NCBI RefSeq assembly: GCF_009914755.1
Contig: NC_060929.1
Length of the DNA stretch: 64,000 nucleotides
DNA from: the human T2T-CHM13v2.0 reference genome, Homo sapiens
Strand: one strand, 5' to 3'
The notes below the pieces were generated by a model. It worked only from the letters and a program-made list of their open reading frames with translations. It made no database searches and was not told the DNA's origin. The position numbers were made by a program, and so were the translations under genes. Shown here one piece after another: positions 39,310 through 54,728 of this stretch. Positions within the stretch are counted from its first letter, which is position 1, and every line of letters begins with the position of its first letter.

Positions 39310-41118
39310 TGATAAAATTAGTATCACATTTGTATTTAATTTTAGCTCATGGCCACAGCAAGAAAGAACAATGAACTGACTCTTGAGATCGTTTGTTTGA
39401 TACACTAGCATGCAATCGTTTTTATCTAGATACATATTTGTCATGCTTCAAGCTTCAGGAACCAACAGGAACAATGTAGATGGCATTTTCAGTAATACAC
39501 TGATCGCTCTGCTCAGAAACGCTATCTAATCAGTGGAAGAAAATCCAACATCTTCTAGGCGGTTCTCTCCCCAAATGTTTCTGAGATGCCCTCAGTTGTG
39601 AGGGCTGCGTATGTGTAATCCTGTGGTTGGGTGATTAGCACGGTGGCTTTCCCTCTCAGAGTGTCAGGGCCCCTTTCTGAAATGCCACATTCCTTTATTC
39701 CATGCCCACCTTTGTGTTGCTGATCTTGGGCCATGTGCACCGATTGTTAATTTCTTTCAGGCACCTGCCTTTTCCACTGCCTGTGGGGCCCTGTGCAGTC
39801 TGTTGCTTGCTCCGAATCGTGCGCAGAACACGCAGGGTGTGATCTCAGGCCGTGGCCTCTGTACTTTCTCTCCCTTCCTTCAGCTTTCACAATGTGCCGC
39901 TGGGTCTCTGCAGCTTGTCTTTCTGTTTCTGGCCACTAGCACAAATCTTTTTCTGTTTCGGATGGGAGAGGCAGGAGAAAGGGGGTGATGAAGAGTAGCG
40001 CTTCATTGACCTCTAGGGATGAATTCTGGCTCTTTTTGGCATAGCCGTTGACTTCCTCAGAGTGTCAGGCTCTCCAAAAAGATGGGGTCCGGGGTGGTCA
40101 GGGACTGCCTGAAAGCCTTTCTACAAGCAACCAGGCCCACCTGCTGAGTCTAGCTCCCATCTGCCACTACTCACAGGGGTTTCCCCCTCAGAGGCTTAGT
40201 TTTCCTCTCTGAAATCCATTCAGCCATGTTTGTGTGGGTCTAGATTTCAATGATAGACACACCTTAGTCCTTTCCCATGAACTCCTGGCTTCAGTCAAAC
40301 CAAGGAGGTGATTGGACATTTATTTGAGTCCCAAATACTTTATGATAGGAATTTGTTCACTAAAAACATAAAAAAGGGAGATGGGGGAGCAGTGTGAGGG
40401 CTGGGGTTGCCTAACTCTACCTACAGCTAGCCTGGCTGGATCTGAGGGGCAGTCAAGCTAGAACAACCATAACTCTTATTTAAATAGCATTTCTGAACTT
40501 TATCTGTAGACAAGCAACTAAAAACATAGCCTACACCTGGTTCCCCAGTGCAATGTGAAAGACTTCAGAAACTAAAAAATATTTATGAATTGCAAATATA
40601 CATGCAATTACTAATGATTTCCACCTGATTGCAGTTCTTAGCTTCTAAATTTAGAATTCTAAATAATCAATCATGGACAGACCATCACTTTGTTAAATTT
40701 CTGTCACGACAATTAACCAGAAATGAACCATTGTTTTGTTTTGCTTTCTGAGAAAAGGGCATTTAGGAATTAAGTTTACACTGAGTGGATATAGTTGCCT
40801 TTGTTGTGCACCTGCAGTGTCTCTAAATGTAAGTAACTTCCATGGATTTAAACCTCAGGGTAAACTTTTACTACAGATGAATTATCTGTTGAGTTAGGAA
40901 GTAAAGAGATTAAACAATAAAAGAACCCATTTTACCATTGTGCACTTCCCTATGTGCTTTTGTGGGAAAAATAAATATCATAGGATAAAGGGACAGAAAT
41001 GGATTATGGTAGAAAATAAATACAAAACAAAATGCAAGTGACTCTTCAGCTCTCAAAATGTCTCTGGCTTGAAAGGCACAGAGTCTGTTTAAGGTGTTCA
41101 TTGTCTTGAAAGCTTTTT

Positions 41119-41264
41119 AATTTTTTTTAATTTTTAATTTTTTGAGTACATGGTAGGTGTGTATATTTATGGGTTCCATGAGGTATTTTGATGCAGTCAC
41201 TCAATGATAATAATCACATCAGTATAAATGGTGTATCTATCATGTCAAGCATTTATCCTTTGTG
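41119..41264 (-). mobile_element. Short L1MA 3' end with TSD
   Basis: 'gtgtatatttatggg...aataatcacatc...aagcatttatcctttgtgt'; TSD 'ttgaaagcttttt' at 41106-41118 and 41265-41277. Confidence 0.88.
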
Positions 41265-42831
41265 TTGAAAGCTTTTTTAAAAAACATACATTTTATTGAG
41301 ATATACTTTATATTAAATACATTATTTTGGCCAATTGAACTTAAAAAAAAAATAGTACCTGGTACCTTTAAAGGCAACTAACAGAGTTAGACTTAGGACT
41401 CTATTTAATTGTTTGACCCTTTCCCTGGAAGATAGTTTTGTGAAAGGATTAGCTTTGGCACCTTAAAACTACATTATTCTCTGAAAAATACAGAAAACAT
41501 TGATGCAAATACTTATTCTTTAGCACAGCTAAAGTAGAATAATCACCTCTATTTTTGTTCATTAGATTACACGTTTAAAAGCTGTATATTAAATACCTAG
41601 TGACATTGTTATTTTTCTACTGTTATTCTTGGAAACAATCTTGTGAAGAATTTTTCTTGGCTCCTTTTGAGTTTTTCTTTCTCCCTCAAAATGTATGTGA
41701 TAATTCATGTGCATGCATTCATATGTATATATTATCAGTTTGAACTGATTACATATTTTACAACCAACTAGATTATGTTGGTCTCATCATCTCACACATA
41801 CTACCTTACCTCACTCATTACTCAACATACTGGCCCAAAAAGCTGCAATATCACACACAAATGCACACACACACACACACACACACGCAAACAGAATCAC
41901 ACAAAAAATAGAAGCCAAAAGAAATGGTGATGAGGTTTAGAGTTGTCATTGTCCCAGACATTCCTAATACTTTATAAAAACAAAAGTAGTATGTCTAATT
42001 TCTGCTTTAGGGTTGTTAAGTTGGATAAAAATAAGTCACCTAATCTTGCAGCTTTACTAAAAGTATAAGAGAAAAAAATGAGCTTTTTTCTTATCATTCA
42101 TGAATCCAAGAATATTGGTGTGTGCAGTTCTGAGAAAACCCTTTTGTGTCATAAGTTTCAGAGTCTGGTCAATGTAAAAATAATTCTATAAGCCCTGTAT
42201 CTACTGTCTGAAGCAACTATCACTTCTACACATGTTTAAAAAATCACTTATATCTGAGTTTTAAATCACTGAGACATGAAGTAGAATTTATTTTGTGTGG
42301 CTTCCTGGTGCCAATGACTCTATTCTTATTCTACACAGCGTTAGTATTGTATTACTGAATTAGACCGAAAATGCAGGATATGTTGCTGTAATCAGTGTCT
42401 TGCCATTAATCACTTCCCTTGTCCCTTTGCCTCACCATCACTCCTTCATGGCAATACCTTAGGGGCTATTTCAATTTTCCACCTCCACTGGTGGATCTCA
42501 TGACCAAAGGGCTTGGTGCTGTGTGAGTCAGGGTCCAGATAGAAAATAGAAACCAATATCTGTATTTAAAACAAGGGAATTTCATGTGAGAATTGGTTAG
42601 CTAGAACTGAAAAACCCACCTGAAGTTGCAAATAAACTCATAGATGAGCAAGAACAGGAAATCACGTTGCACTAGGCTGCAGGGACAAAGGTAGGAGGGC
42701 TATTATCAGAAAAAGGGAATGTCTAGGATAGATACGACATTAAATAAAGTTTGAATAGACACAAAAAGCATTAAAGTATTAAGTAATGGCAACTGGAACT
42801 TTAACAACACTTCTGTCCTTCTGTAGTCTGT

Positions 42832-43153
42832 TGATATAGATTGGATGTGTGTCCTCTGCAGATCTCATGTTGGAATGTGATCCCCATTGTTGGAGCTGGG
42901 GCCTAATGGGAAGTATTGGTTCATGGGGGCACATCCCACATAAATCGCTTAGTGACATCCCCTTGGTGATAAGTGAGTTCCTTCTTTGAGTTCATGCGGG
43001 GTCTGGTTGTCTAAAAGAGTATGGCACCTCTCCCCAGCTCTCTCTTGCTCCTTCTCACCATATATCATGGTAGTTCCCATTTGCCTTCCACCATGATTGT
43101 AAGTTTCCTAAGGCCTCACCAGGAACAGGTGCCAGCACCATGCTTCCTGCATA
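42832..43153 (+). mobile_element. MaLR LTR (MSTB-like), 3'-truncated
   Basis: 'tgatatagattggatgtgtgtcc...atctcatgttggaatgtgatcccc...ccttccaccatgattgtaagtttcct'. Confidence 0.88.
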
Positions 43154-43834
43154 GTTGTTCACTCTTATTCTTCAGAATGGCTACTGCAAATATTGTCCAG
43201 ATGTCAAAGCTCCCTACTCCACTCTGTGCCCCTCCTACACTCAACTTGTTAACTCTTTGCTCCCGATGCAAACTCACTTGTCCTTTCTGTCACCGTGGAT
43301 GTCTCTCTCCTCCCAGTGCAGTTACCCTCCTGTGATTTGGTTTCCATTTCCTTTCCTTTCATTAGGAACTTTAGATCATTCATTTTAAACTCTCCTCTGT
43401 GTCCTTAAGTTTTTCCACTAGTCATTGGTATCGACATTTTAACATGCTCAAGTCTCCTCTATTTCTCCCTCCCTCCAAAAAAAAAGAAAAGAAAAAGAAG
43501 AAGAAAAGGCCCACTCCCCCATCCTCCCACTCACAGTCAAGATTTTGCAAACATTGTTCATCCTGACCTCCCATTCACTTCTCAGCTCGCTGGAGTCAGC
43601 TCACTGCACTGGATTCTGAATCTTCAGCATCCATTTACATATACATGTAAATCTCTGATTTCTAGTTATCGCTTAGCTTTCATATCAAGAAGCAGAATTG
43701 AAGGACTCAGAAAAATACTGTAGTGAATAATATGTTACTGTTTAGAGAGAATCTTCCAAATTTTAGACAGATGCCTTGAGGCTTAATTCAACCCCTTCTC
43801 CTTCCACTTTCACCACCAATAGGCTGCAGAACAG

Positions 43835-43984
43835 TAATTCACTAAGTGAGGCTTTGGGACCTGCAACACCATCACCTAGAAGCTTATTAGAAATACAAAG
43901 ACTCAGAATGTACCCTAGTCTAGCAATCTGGACTTTAATAATTTATTCAGTTATCCGATGTATGCTAAAGTTTGATAACTACTG
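43835..43984. mobile_element. MER5-like hAT MITE
   Basis: 'catcacctagaagcttattagaaatacaaagactcag...taaagtttgataactactg'. Confidence 0.65.
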
Positions 43985-45596
43985 AGGAAGGGAAAGCTCT
44001 TTTCAGGAAGGAAAAGAAAGTGGAAAATACCAAAGACAAGAGGTAGAGGTAGAATAAGGTTGTTAGGTATGGAGGGAATGGGGAACATCTGGGGCTGAAG
44101 GGTGGGGACAAGGGGCATCAAGGGCTGAGGGGTATAGCAGAAACCACCAAGGAGTGATGAAAGATCCTTAGAACGTTACAAGAAGGGTAATAGATGAGTT
44201 GGGTGCTTCTCCAGGCAAAACCCTTGGAGGAGATTCATGCACCATGACAAACTGTGGCTCTGAAGAGGCTGTGGCCACAAATGCATTGCAGCCAATGCCT
44301 AAATCCCAAACCCACCTTGGTGAGCTGCAAGTACAGCTGGAATGCTAGACCATGTGAACGCTAAGGACAAGAACAGGCAACCGAGGGCACATTCCTTGGT
44401 GACTAGAATCAGTTTTCATGGCTGGTTCTGAGCAGTAGTGAATGTTTATATTTGGCCAAAGGTCCATATGCAAGCAGACATAGCTTGGTAGTGAACAGTG
44501 CTAGTGCAGAATAAAGTAGGTCCCCACTGCAGAGACAAGAGTATATGAGTAAAGATCTAAGTTATTTCTTCCCCTCCACTAGGAGGACTCAGTAAGCTTG
44601 TGTACACTCCCACATCCTAGGGAAGGATAAAGTTGGGGAGGAAACTAATTTGAAAGACTAAAGACTTTATTTGAAAGGGACTTTTGTCAAATGTATTAAG
44701 AAACTGTAAACTAGAAGAGCTTGTGTTGTCATTAATTGGAAAGCCTAGGTTTCTCCATTTCTCAGTAGGGTGAGAACTTGTGGAGATGTTTGGATAACTG
44801 ATGAAAAAAATAAAGAAGCCACTTTTTCTTTGTATCCTGAGGATGCCGGAACATCACCTTTCTTGGTGTCTGCTGCTTTGCACGCTGTTTGCCACTCCTC
44901 CCTTGAATGCTTTCTCCCCTTGGCCTCAGTAGCACCAGACTTTCACTGCCTTCTCCTACCTCTAGGATAACTTCTTCTCCATTTGCATAATAGATTGGTC
45001 TTCCTCCATTAATTCCTAAAATATTGATATTATACAAAAAGTTATGTCCCCACCTTTTCTCTTTATGCCTCGCAATCTTTGTGTTCTTATTCTTATAAAC
45101 ACAAAATGACTCTGGTGTCCTCAGAATCCAGTCTTCAGTTCAGGAAAAAGGAAGAAAAGAGGAAAGAATAAAGAGGAAAGGCAAAATAACTCTACCTGTG
45201 AAGCCTTGCTTTTTTATTTAGAAAGGTAAGCGCTTTCCAAGGAATTCCTGTCTGTATCTGAACAGTTAAAATTGTGTCACATGGGCATTTCTAGCTGCAA
45301 GAGTTTTGGAAGGTAAGTATTACAGCTTGGTTTATTTAAGTTAACAGAAAAAAGTGGAGCAGAGGGAGAAAAGATTTTAGGTAAGAAACTGTTAGTGTCT
45401 GTCTCAATTCATTATAATCAGTTCTTCATTAAGAAACCATGGTGATTTGACTTAAAATGAGAATTTTTTTTTAATTCTCTCTCTAAAAAAAATCTTTCAT
45501 TAGCTTTAACAACACAACCCAGGATAAAAATCCAAGTTTCTTGACATAACATGTGAATTCTTTCATGATCTGGCCTCTTCTTTCTTGTTTCTTTTT

Positions 45597-45775
<179 letters not shown>

Positions 45776-47774
45776 CTTTCTTGTCTCTTAATACTCTCCT
45801 TCCATCATTTGCTGTTTTAATCCATTTGAAGTGCTCAAAGTGCTATTTGTATCTTTGCCTATATTGTTTTATCTGTCTTGAACAATTTTTTCTGCATTTT
45901 CATCTGGGTAACTCATGTTTATTCATAGGGATTCCAATGAAGTGGTCAGAAACCTCCTGTGTCATCTGAGGCTGGGTCAGGAGTCCTCCTATATTCTCTC
46001 TTATTCATACCAAGCACAGTTACACTCTATTGTAATCTTCTGTTTACTTGTCTGTCTTCTCTCATATGACTTGATAGAAAGTATTATATCTCATTTATTA
46101 TTATACATGCATCCTGGAACACAGTACATGCTCAATACATATTTGTTGTTTGAACAAATAAAGTAGAATCAAAGTTCAGGTTTGAGTCAGTCTACTATAA
46201 ACAATTAATTCAAATATATAATGAGGTCTATTTGCACTTAAACTAACTAGAATATGCATTTGACTTTTGTGTTACTGCTGGGGAAGACCAGGGATAACTA
46301 TCTGGAACCTGTCTGGAGAAAGAGGACCACCAGTAAGTAATTTTGGTTCTGGTTTGAAGTGTTGCCAGTTTTAATAGTCCTTTGACTTTCATTTTTGTTT
46401 AGCAGGGCTTTTATAATTCTGATATCTTTCTGTGCAAAATCATTCAACCAATCTTCATGACTATATAAGTTTGGAGATACTTTAATTTTAGTTTAGATTG
46501 TCAAATAATGATCCTTTTCAATGCAGTTAAATGGTTTCAACTGTTAATAGTGGCAAAATATGAATCAAACACAGAGCTTTGGTTCACTGTATAAAGACTA
46601 TGATATTGAACTTCCCTATAGTTTTTATAGTATATATAAACTCATGCATGACAGTCATAAGTTCATGAACATGTGTTCACATATAAATAAAGATACTAAT
46701 GTGCTCAAGTCCAAAACCCACACAAGTTCAGCCATTCACCCAAGCAGCTGTAGAAGTCTTATCAAAGACGTTGTCCAATATGTCAGTCAATACTGCTTTT
46801 ATAAACTTTCATGTAAATTTTTTATAAGATTTAGTGCCAGGACATATTTCTATTTTTCTAACAAATTGGGAATATTCCCACCCTCCCCTCTCCTTCCTCT
46901 TCACTTGATCTTAACCAAAAGACCAAGAAGCGATGCCCTTCCTCTTTTTAACAAACAATGTGCATTATATACTTGACCTCTCTTTAGTAGCTACAATGAA
47001 CAGGGCCAAACTTGCAATTTTATTATTGTGTTTACATTAGTTCTTATACTCTAATTTCTTGCCTTCTCATTTTACATGGTCTTTGAATTTTTGCCTAAGC
47101 TTACATAAGCTTTAATACTTCTTTGATATTTCCACTTTTATCATAATTTTATTATAGATGGTTTTGTTGTAATTTTCCTTAAATTCTCTGTGGAACGAGT
47201 GGTGACAGAAACAAGTAATAAATTTCCATGTGTATATTCATACTTGCATAAGATTGAAAATACATAAAGGAGAAACTTGTCTATGCTTGTGCTGAGAACG
47301 CTTCATAGAGTAATTCTAAATGCAACATTGAGTCTAATCAGTCTGTCTTCATATTTCTTTGCTTGGGTGTTTTCTTAGTTAACATGCTTTTGCTTCTCCT
47401 GATTATATCACCATGCAGACTAATCTGACTAAAATTTATACTTGCAGAAGTTCCTGAAATTATCCTGCCAGCTTAAACATCAACAAAACAAGGGGGAATG
47501 GAGAGATTTTGTGAAAAACAATGACATAATAAACACTCCGATCTATGATAATTGATTTCAGATCTATTGTAGCAAGAGAATAGAAACTGATGCATTCAGG
47601 TTGTTTGAATAACTATAACAAAGCTTACATATCACTATCTCTCATGTTATATGTTAGGAAACTGAGGTTCAGAGAGATTAAAGAACTTGCTTACTGCCAC
47701 AGAGGTAGTAAGAGATATCCTCCAAAAATGTGATGAGATAAAAAAATCACACTTCACCATTCCTCTGGAAGTGA

Positions 47775-47990
47775 GAAGAATGTGGTTTGGTCCCAGACAC
47801 GTCGATGAATCCTGCCTCCTAATCCAGCTGAGTGAACCTGGGCAATTATGTAATTCTCTGTGCCAGAACTTCATCATCTGAATTGGATGACATTTTATTT
47901 ATGAAGTTGTTTTCAGCAGTAAATGAGACAAATACAGAGATTTGATAGCACAGAGCCTGGCACATAGGAGGTGTTTAATAAATGTTAACT
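47775..47990 (+). mobile_element. MIR
   Basis: 'ctgggcaattatgtaattctctgtgcc...gcacagagcctggcacatag...aataaatgtta'. Confidence 0.75.
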
Positions 47991-48074
47991 CTTGTAAGTG
48001 AACGGGAAGATGAAATATTTTCTTTCTATATAAAACAGTGAACTACATATCCTTAAGATATATTTCCATAGAAG

Positions 48075-48106
<32 letters not shown>

Positions 48107-48513
48107 TCATATGCCTTAGTTGGTAGGTCATTTTAACCATAAGCTACTTCATTTTCCCCCTCAGTGAAATGAGTGTATTCTTAATTTTAATTTCCTAAAA
48201 CATCTAGTGTGATGCATGTGATCTTTCCTGCATTTTTATTTGGACTGCCAGATTAATTTAAATGGGACTTGACAGCCAGTAGATTTCCTTTGTGCTCATG
48301 GACAATGTAAACATTCGTATGGCCAGGAAAAAAAAAACCTTTAGCCACCTGTGTTCCCATTCTTCATCTTTGATTATTTTATTATTATCATCCTCATCAT
48401 CATTATCAACAACAAACATTGATTTGTCATTTATTACATAAAAGCTAATATATTAGAGCATTTGGGGACATTTAATGCTTTTAAATTTCTGTCTTTAAGA
48501 AGCTTACTCTCTA

Positions 48514-48832
48514 AAGAGAGAGAGTGTGTGTGTGTCTGTGTGTTCGTCTGTGTGTGTGTGTGTGTATTTGTGTGCATTTTTTTGAGACATTCTCACTCTG
48601 TCACCCAGACTAGAGTGCAATAGCATGATCACTGCTCACTGCAGCCTCAATCTTCCATGCCAAAGTAAACGTTCTATCCCAGCATCCCAAGTAGTTAGGA
48701 CCACAGGCATGTGACACCACACCCAGCTAATTTTTGCATTTTTTTGTAGAGGTGGAGTCTCCTGATGTTACCCAGGCTGGTCTCAAACTCATGGCTCAAG
48801 TGATCCTCCCATCTTGGCCTCCCAAAGTGCTC
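48514..48832 (-). mobile_element. AluJ with (GA)/(TG) microsatellite at its tail
   Basis: 'ctcactctgtcacccagactagagtgca...ctcaagtgatcctcccatcttggcctcccaaagtgct'. Confidence 0.9.
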
Positions 48833-51800
48833 ACATATATTTATATAATTTAACATATAACAATATAATCTTATAATAATAATTCAAGATGGAATGATAC
48901 AGATCTATGAATAGCAAGATCAAAACTGATGAACGTGGTTCTTGTGGGGCAAGAGGGCAGGCAGAAGGAAAATAAACTGAGCTGAGGTTTTAATGAAGCA
49001 GAATTGTGGTCAGTGAAAGTGGAGTAGAAGAGGCTCTGGGAGAATGGTCATCAACAATGAAGGAATTAAATCAGTTAGGTGGTGCATGTATGAAGTGTGT
49101 GTATGGAGGTCTGTGTAAGGCAGTGGTGGGAGATAAGAGATAAGAAGATTTGACATCCCTCCAGATGGAATGATTCTGAAGAATTTTGAACAGGAATCAG
49201 AACCAAGAAATTTCTCTTATCTGATGTTAAAGAGACTTTCTAATTAAATCAAGTTTGATCTCCAAGTAGCTAGGACTTTAGGATGAGTTTCAGCTTGATG
49301 GGAGTTTATTTTTTCATGCCATTTAAAAACAAAGTTCAAATTCTACATCTTTTAAATTTTATGTGAAAGGGTTGGAAAGTCAAAGTGTGTGATTGGGAAT
49401 GGGAGGGTGGATGGGATTTCTGGATTATAGGAGAATAGCTTTTCAATTTAGAGTTGGTATAAGATTTGAAATGTCACTTCTGGAGTAAGATTTTCGACAA
49501 TAAATGACCATCTGTGTCTATGTTTAGCTCTGTAAAGTTGTTTGTTTCTTAGAGGAAACTTTACAATCCTGTATGGCTATTTTGTCTCGATTGTTTATAT
49601 ACTTCTACCAGTTCGCCTAATTTGTTTCAAACATTTGGAATATAGGATACCAGAACATGCCAGAGATTGATCCTCTCATCATGCAAGAGTATCTTTAAAC
49701 TTCTCTTTAAAAATGTTATTCCTGACCCCCGTAATACTCCAGTTACTATGATACATACAAAAACATAGAACAAGTCTGGTGATCTACTTATTTGTTAATA
49801 GGAACTTGAAGCAGGAGAGAAAATACTGTGCAAACACGCGTGGCTTCAGGCTCATGTGAGTGGGAAAGAAGTAAGTAAACCATGGCTGTTCTATCAAATA
49901 TCTCCAATGACAATAGGAATGGGTCTATTATATTTTCCATTTCCCATTTTCCTGGCTATTGCCCATTTTCTTAGCAGAGATAAATGGATTTGCTCAAAGA
50001 ACCCTGACTGACTACATGGGTGGCCCATTTAACTGGTAAAAGGCATCCCAGTCATGAAAATATTCAGTTGGTAAATTACACACACATGCATATACACATA
50101 CAGACACATCACTTTTATTTTGGTCTGGCCTAGTACAAATATTGTGTATGCTCTTGGTGTCCCTTCTATGGGCTGCAAATGTAGCTATCATTTGTATACA
50201 CGTTCATTAATTTTCTTATTCTACGTATAGTAATACTGCTATTTCTGACTCTGAACAAATAGCACAACACATTTAAATGAGAATCTTTGCAAGCTCAGAA
50301 GTACAAAAATAGCAATGATACATCACACTTTTAAAGAGCATTTCATTAATAGATGGATCAGAACATACTTCTTGTTGTACATCATTTAATTGTTATGTAT
50401 TTAAAATAAGACATATATCTAATATTCTTTTCAAGCTTTCATATGCCTCAAATTTATTATGTCAGTTGTTAGTGGCAATGACATCACAAGATGAATTCAA
50501 AGCAATGATTGCTTTAACATTTAAAAAGCTTAGAGTGTGCCGATTATTCAGGCTGCTAAGTGAAAGTACAAATGTCAGTTTAGCTATCTATAATCTCATA
50601 CTGTTTAAAGGTTCATGAATTACACATGCAGTGGATAGAAATGGAGGAACTGAATTTGACTAAAAGAGCTTTTTCACAAAAAATTTGCTGAAACGATTTC
50701 TTCTAATGTATTTTAGTGATTAATCAATTTGATTTAAAATGTTAGAATTATTTAAGGTCTGTACTTTGAATTTACTGTGAACTCAAAGCATGTTTATATT
50801 TATTGCATCAACTAAGTAAACAGCATATGCTTAATGCTTTTAAAATGTTCCCCAGTAAAATTTAGGTCACTACTTACGTGTTAGCTATCAGCCCTGGAGA
50901 TACATTGACATATTTGATTAACAGTGTGCTTCTCCCACACTGCTTTGTGTAATTTCTGCAATTTTATGTCATTGGCAAAAATTCAGTATCAGCCGCTATC
51001 ATACACTTAAAGATGCTTTACTTGCATTAATTTTTCATATTTTTCAATATTTATACTTAAAAATCATATTTATCTTCTTTGAAGAATAAACAATTCTACC
51101 ATGTAGATATTTTTTGGAGCATAAAAATAGAGATACTCAGGATGCATTGATTTCCTACTAACACAGAGTGCTGATAGACCTGGTTTCAAATATAATGAGG
51201 ACTGTTAATTTTTGAAAATTAAGATTATTTGAAGTTTTAGCCACTATCTGGCCCCATTAAACACTGTATATTACTATTACTATATAGGTGTATTAATGGA
51301 ACCAAACTACTGAACTGTCTGGAAAGAAAGATCTTACTTCCCTTCTCCAGCAAGCAATTCTTGGTTTTGATTCAAATTATTACTGGTAAATATGAATGGA
51401 TAAATGCTATAATGGACACCAAGAAAAATAGGGGGAGATAATTCAGCTAGAGATATTAGGAGGAGAAATGGTTTGATTATATGTTGTCAACCACCAAATC
51501 TCACTTATCTGTACTGAAGAAGATGTTTCCTGCTTATAAATCCTTCCACCCACTTAGGAAAGAAAAGAGGAAAGGAAAATGACAAATGTCAGCCCCAAAC
51601 ACTGAAACCCTTCCTCTCTCTTTCTCTCTTTCTCTCTGTTTCTATCTATGTCACATAAAAGAATGTATGAATATATAAAAAATCGTACCAGTTCTGGCAT
51701 TGAAAAATGCTGATATGGCTACATTTATTCAGCAAGCAAAATGTCTTGCTGGATAATGGTCATTTGGTTTAAGGTTGAAGAGTATAGAACCACAGGCTGA

Positions 51801-53110
51801 CAAATGGGAATTACAAGGCTGATTTCACTCAGTTAAAAATTGAGGCCACTGGACACTCCTGGCTTAGCTGAACAGTCCCGCTTACGGTGAACAATATTAG
51901 CCCAAACTGACCAGGTATTTCACCATTGGTATCTATCTAGGAGAGGCCAACTAAAAATTATAGGATTCTTTCTCTTTTGGATTTTGAAAAGGTAGATGAA
52001 TCAGTAAGCAACTGACTGGGTTCATTTATATCTTAGCAGAGGAAAAGGGCACAGGATTCAAAGATTCTGCCTCATGTTTTGGAATTGTCTCCATTGTCCA
52101 TGTTTTTAAATGGTTCACATTGTTCGCTTGGAGTTACTTGAGTCAGAGCGTCCTTTATCTTCACCCAGATATCTTCCACGCATTCCCACTTAAGTCAAAA
52201 GTCTTCAGGGTATTTTCTCTTGGAGGTCACTTTATACTTTGTATGTTCAAATCAGAACTTATTATGTTTCCACTTTAAGTGAATCTCCTTCTCAGTGTGT
52301 CCTTCCTATGATTGGTGTTAATAGTTTTTTAAGTCAGAGAAGTATTCCCAGTAAATTTTATTGACATTTCCCACTCTATGGAAAAGATGATGGCATCTTT
52401 TCAATCTGTCATCGACCCGACATTCCACTGTCATTTCTACCTTACCTTGGCTTAAATATTTTAAATTTATTTTTTTAACTGACCACCTTCTTCCAGGCGA
52501 TCCAGCCACCACTATTCTTAAAACTGTCATGCAACTAACATATCTAAAATATGCTCATGTTCAGAAGTTGTGATAACACTTACAATTAGTTCCAAATTCA
52601 CCTGTGTCTAGTTTTCAAAGATCTCTTCAGTTTGGCTTCCTTTGTTTTAGATTAGTCTCTTCTGGCTCCAACTAGGTTAATTCCTTCCTGAGCTTTGCAT
52701 ATACAATTTTAATTTCAGATTGGAATTTAGATCTAATACTCAGAGTAACATATATATTTTCTCAGTCTATCCAAAACCTACCTCTTTGTTTTTTTTTAAG
52801 TCCTTTCATGCCTCCAAAATCTACCTTCATGTTACTTAGTCCAGTCCTTTTCAATTCATGACTATGCATTTGTTTTTGACAATCATTCTTCCCATCTGAA
52901 GCCTTCTGGAGTATATGGAACCATAGCTATATTTTCTAAGCCTCTTGTACATTTCTCTTTGTAATCCCACCTCCTTTTCCCTCCTAGCAACTGCATTTCA
53001 AGCTCCCTGCAAACTTCAGTCTCCCAGACCTGATATTAAAACCCCTTCTTCACTTGTTGAGTTCTCCCAAGGTCAATTCAGTTACAGTACTCATTACTGG
53101 GGCTCAATGA

Positions 53111-53922
<812 letters not shown>

Positions 53923-54357
53923 ATGCTACTTTCTGACCTTGGGTTTCACTGATTTTAAAAAGCTTTTCCTGGTAAACCTAATCAAGACCTCTGCTTTCTG
54001 GAAATCAATAACACTATTTTGTGTGGGAATTGAGCATGATAAGTTGCAGCCCTTTACAATAATTTCCCAGATTCTTTCAGTAAGATCTAAATTTCCTCGA
54101 ATGTAGGGGAAATTTTGGTTCTCCTGACTCCTTCCTGATTTCATCAGGCAATTAAGCAATACGTATGCGATTGAACTAAACTGAAAAACAGGTAGAGGGA
54201 TAGGAATGATGTAATATGGAGTACGAAGTTGGATATTGAGCTGACAGAACACCAGAGAGTCAGAAGAGGACTTCAGCAGCTTGCTGTGAAGACTTGGCAG
54301 CTTGTGGAACGGGGCAGATAAATGAACACCATTTGATTTTACTAGCATTAGAACAGA

Positions 54358-54728
54358 TCAGTAGGTCTCAAACATGGTTGCACTTTTCCACCCTATGAGA
54401 GCTTTAGCAAAGTATTATTACTTGTTTCACTCACTCACCATCCCCTGAACAACCACCCCTATTCTTATTTTGGTTTAATTGATATGGGATGGAGACTGAT
54501 TATTTTTTAAAGGTTTTGTAGGTAATTCTAAGGTACACAGAGAGCTAAGAACCACTGATATAGGACTTGGTTACTCAATATGTGGTCCCAGGATAGACAG
54601 CGTAGGCATCATCTGGGAGATTAAATCTCCTCCCCCCATCCCACCCCTAAACTTTCTGAATCACAGTCTCTATTTTAAACAGGATTTCCAGGTTATTTAT
54701 ATGTACAATGAAGTTTCAGAAGCACTGT
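54358..54728. mobile_element. Two adjacent MER5-like MITEs
   Basis: 'cagtaggtctcaaac...ctaagaaccactg' and 'tggttactcaatatgtggtcc...agtttcagaagcactg'. Confidence 0.7.

Noticed and set aside
43990-44720. Purine-rich segment considered as an exon or pseudogene
   Set aside because: No sustained ORF; more likely a degraded ancient LTR, but I cannot assign it.
46560-46976. 138 aa ORF in AT-rich DNA (similarly 53926-54348 and 55207-55647)
   Set aside because: No domain resemblance or convincing splice context; the 55207 ORF overlaps a MER33-like element.
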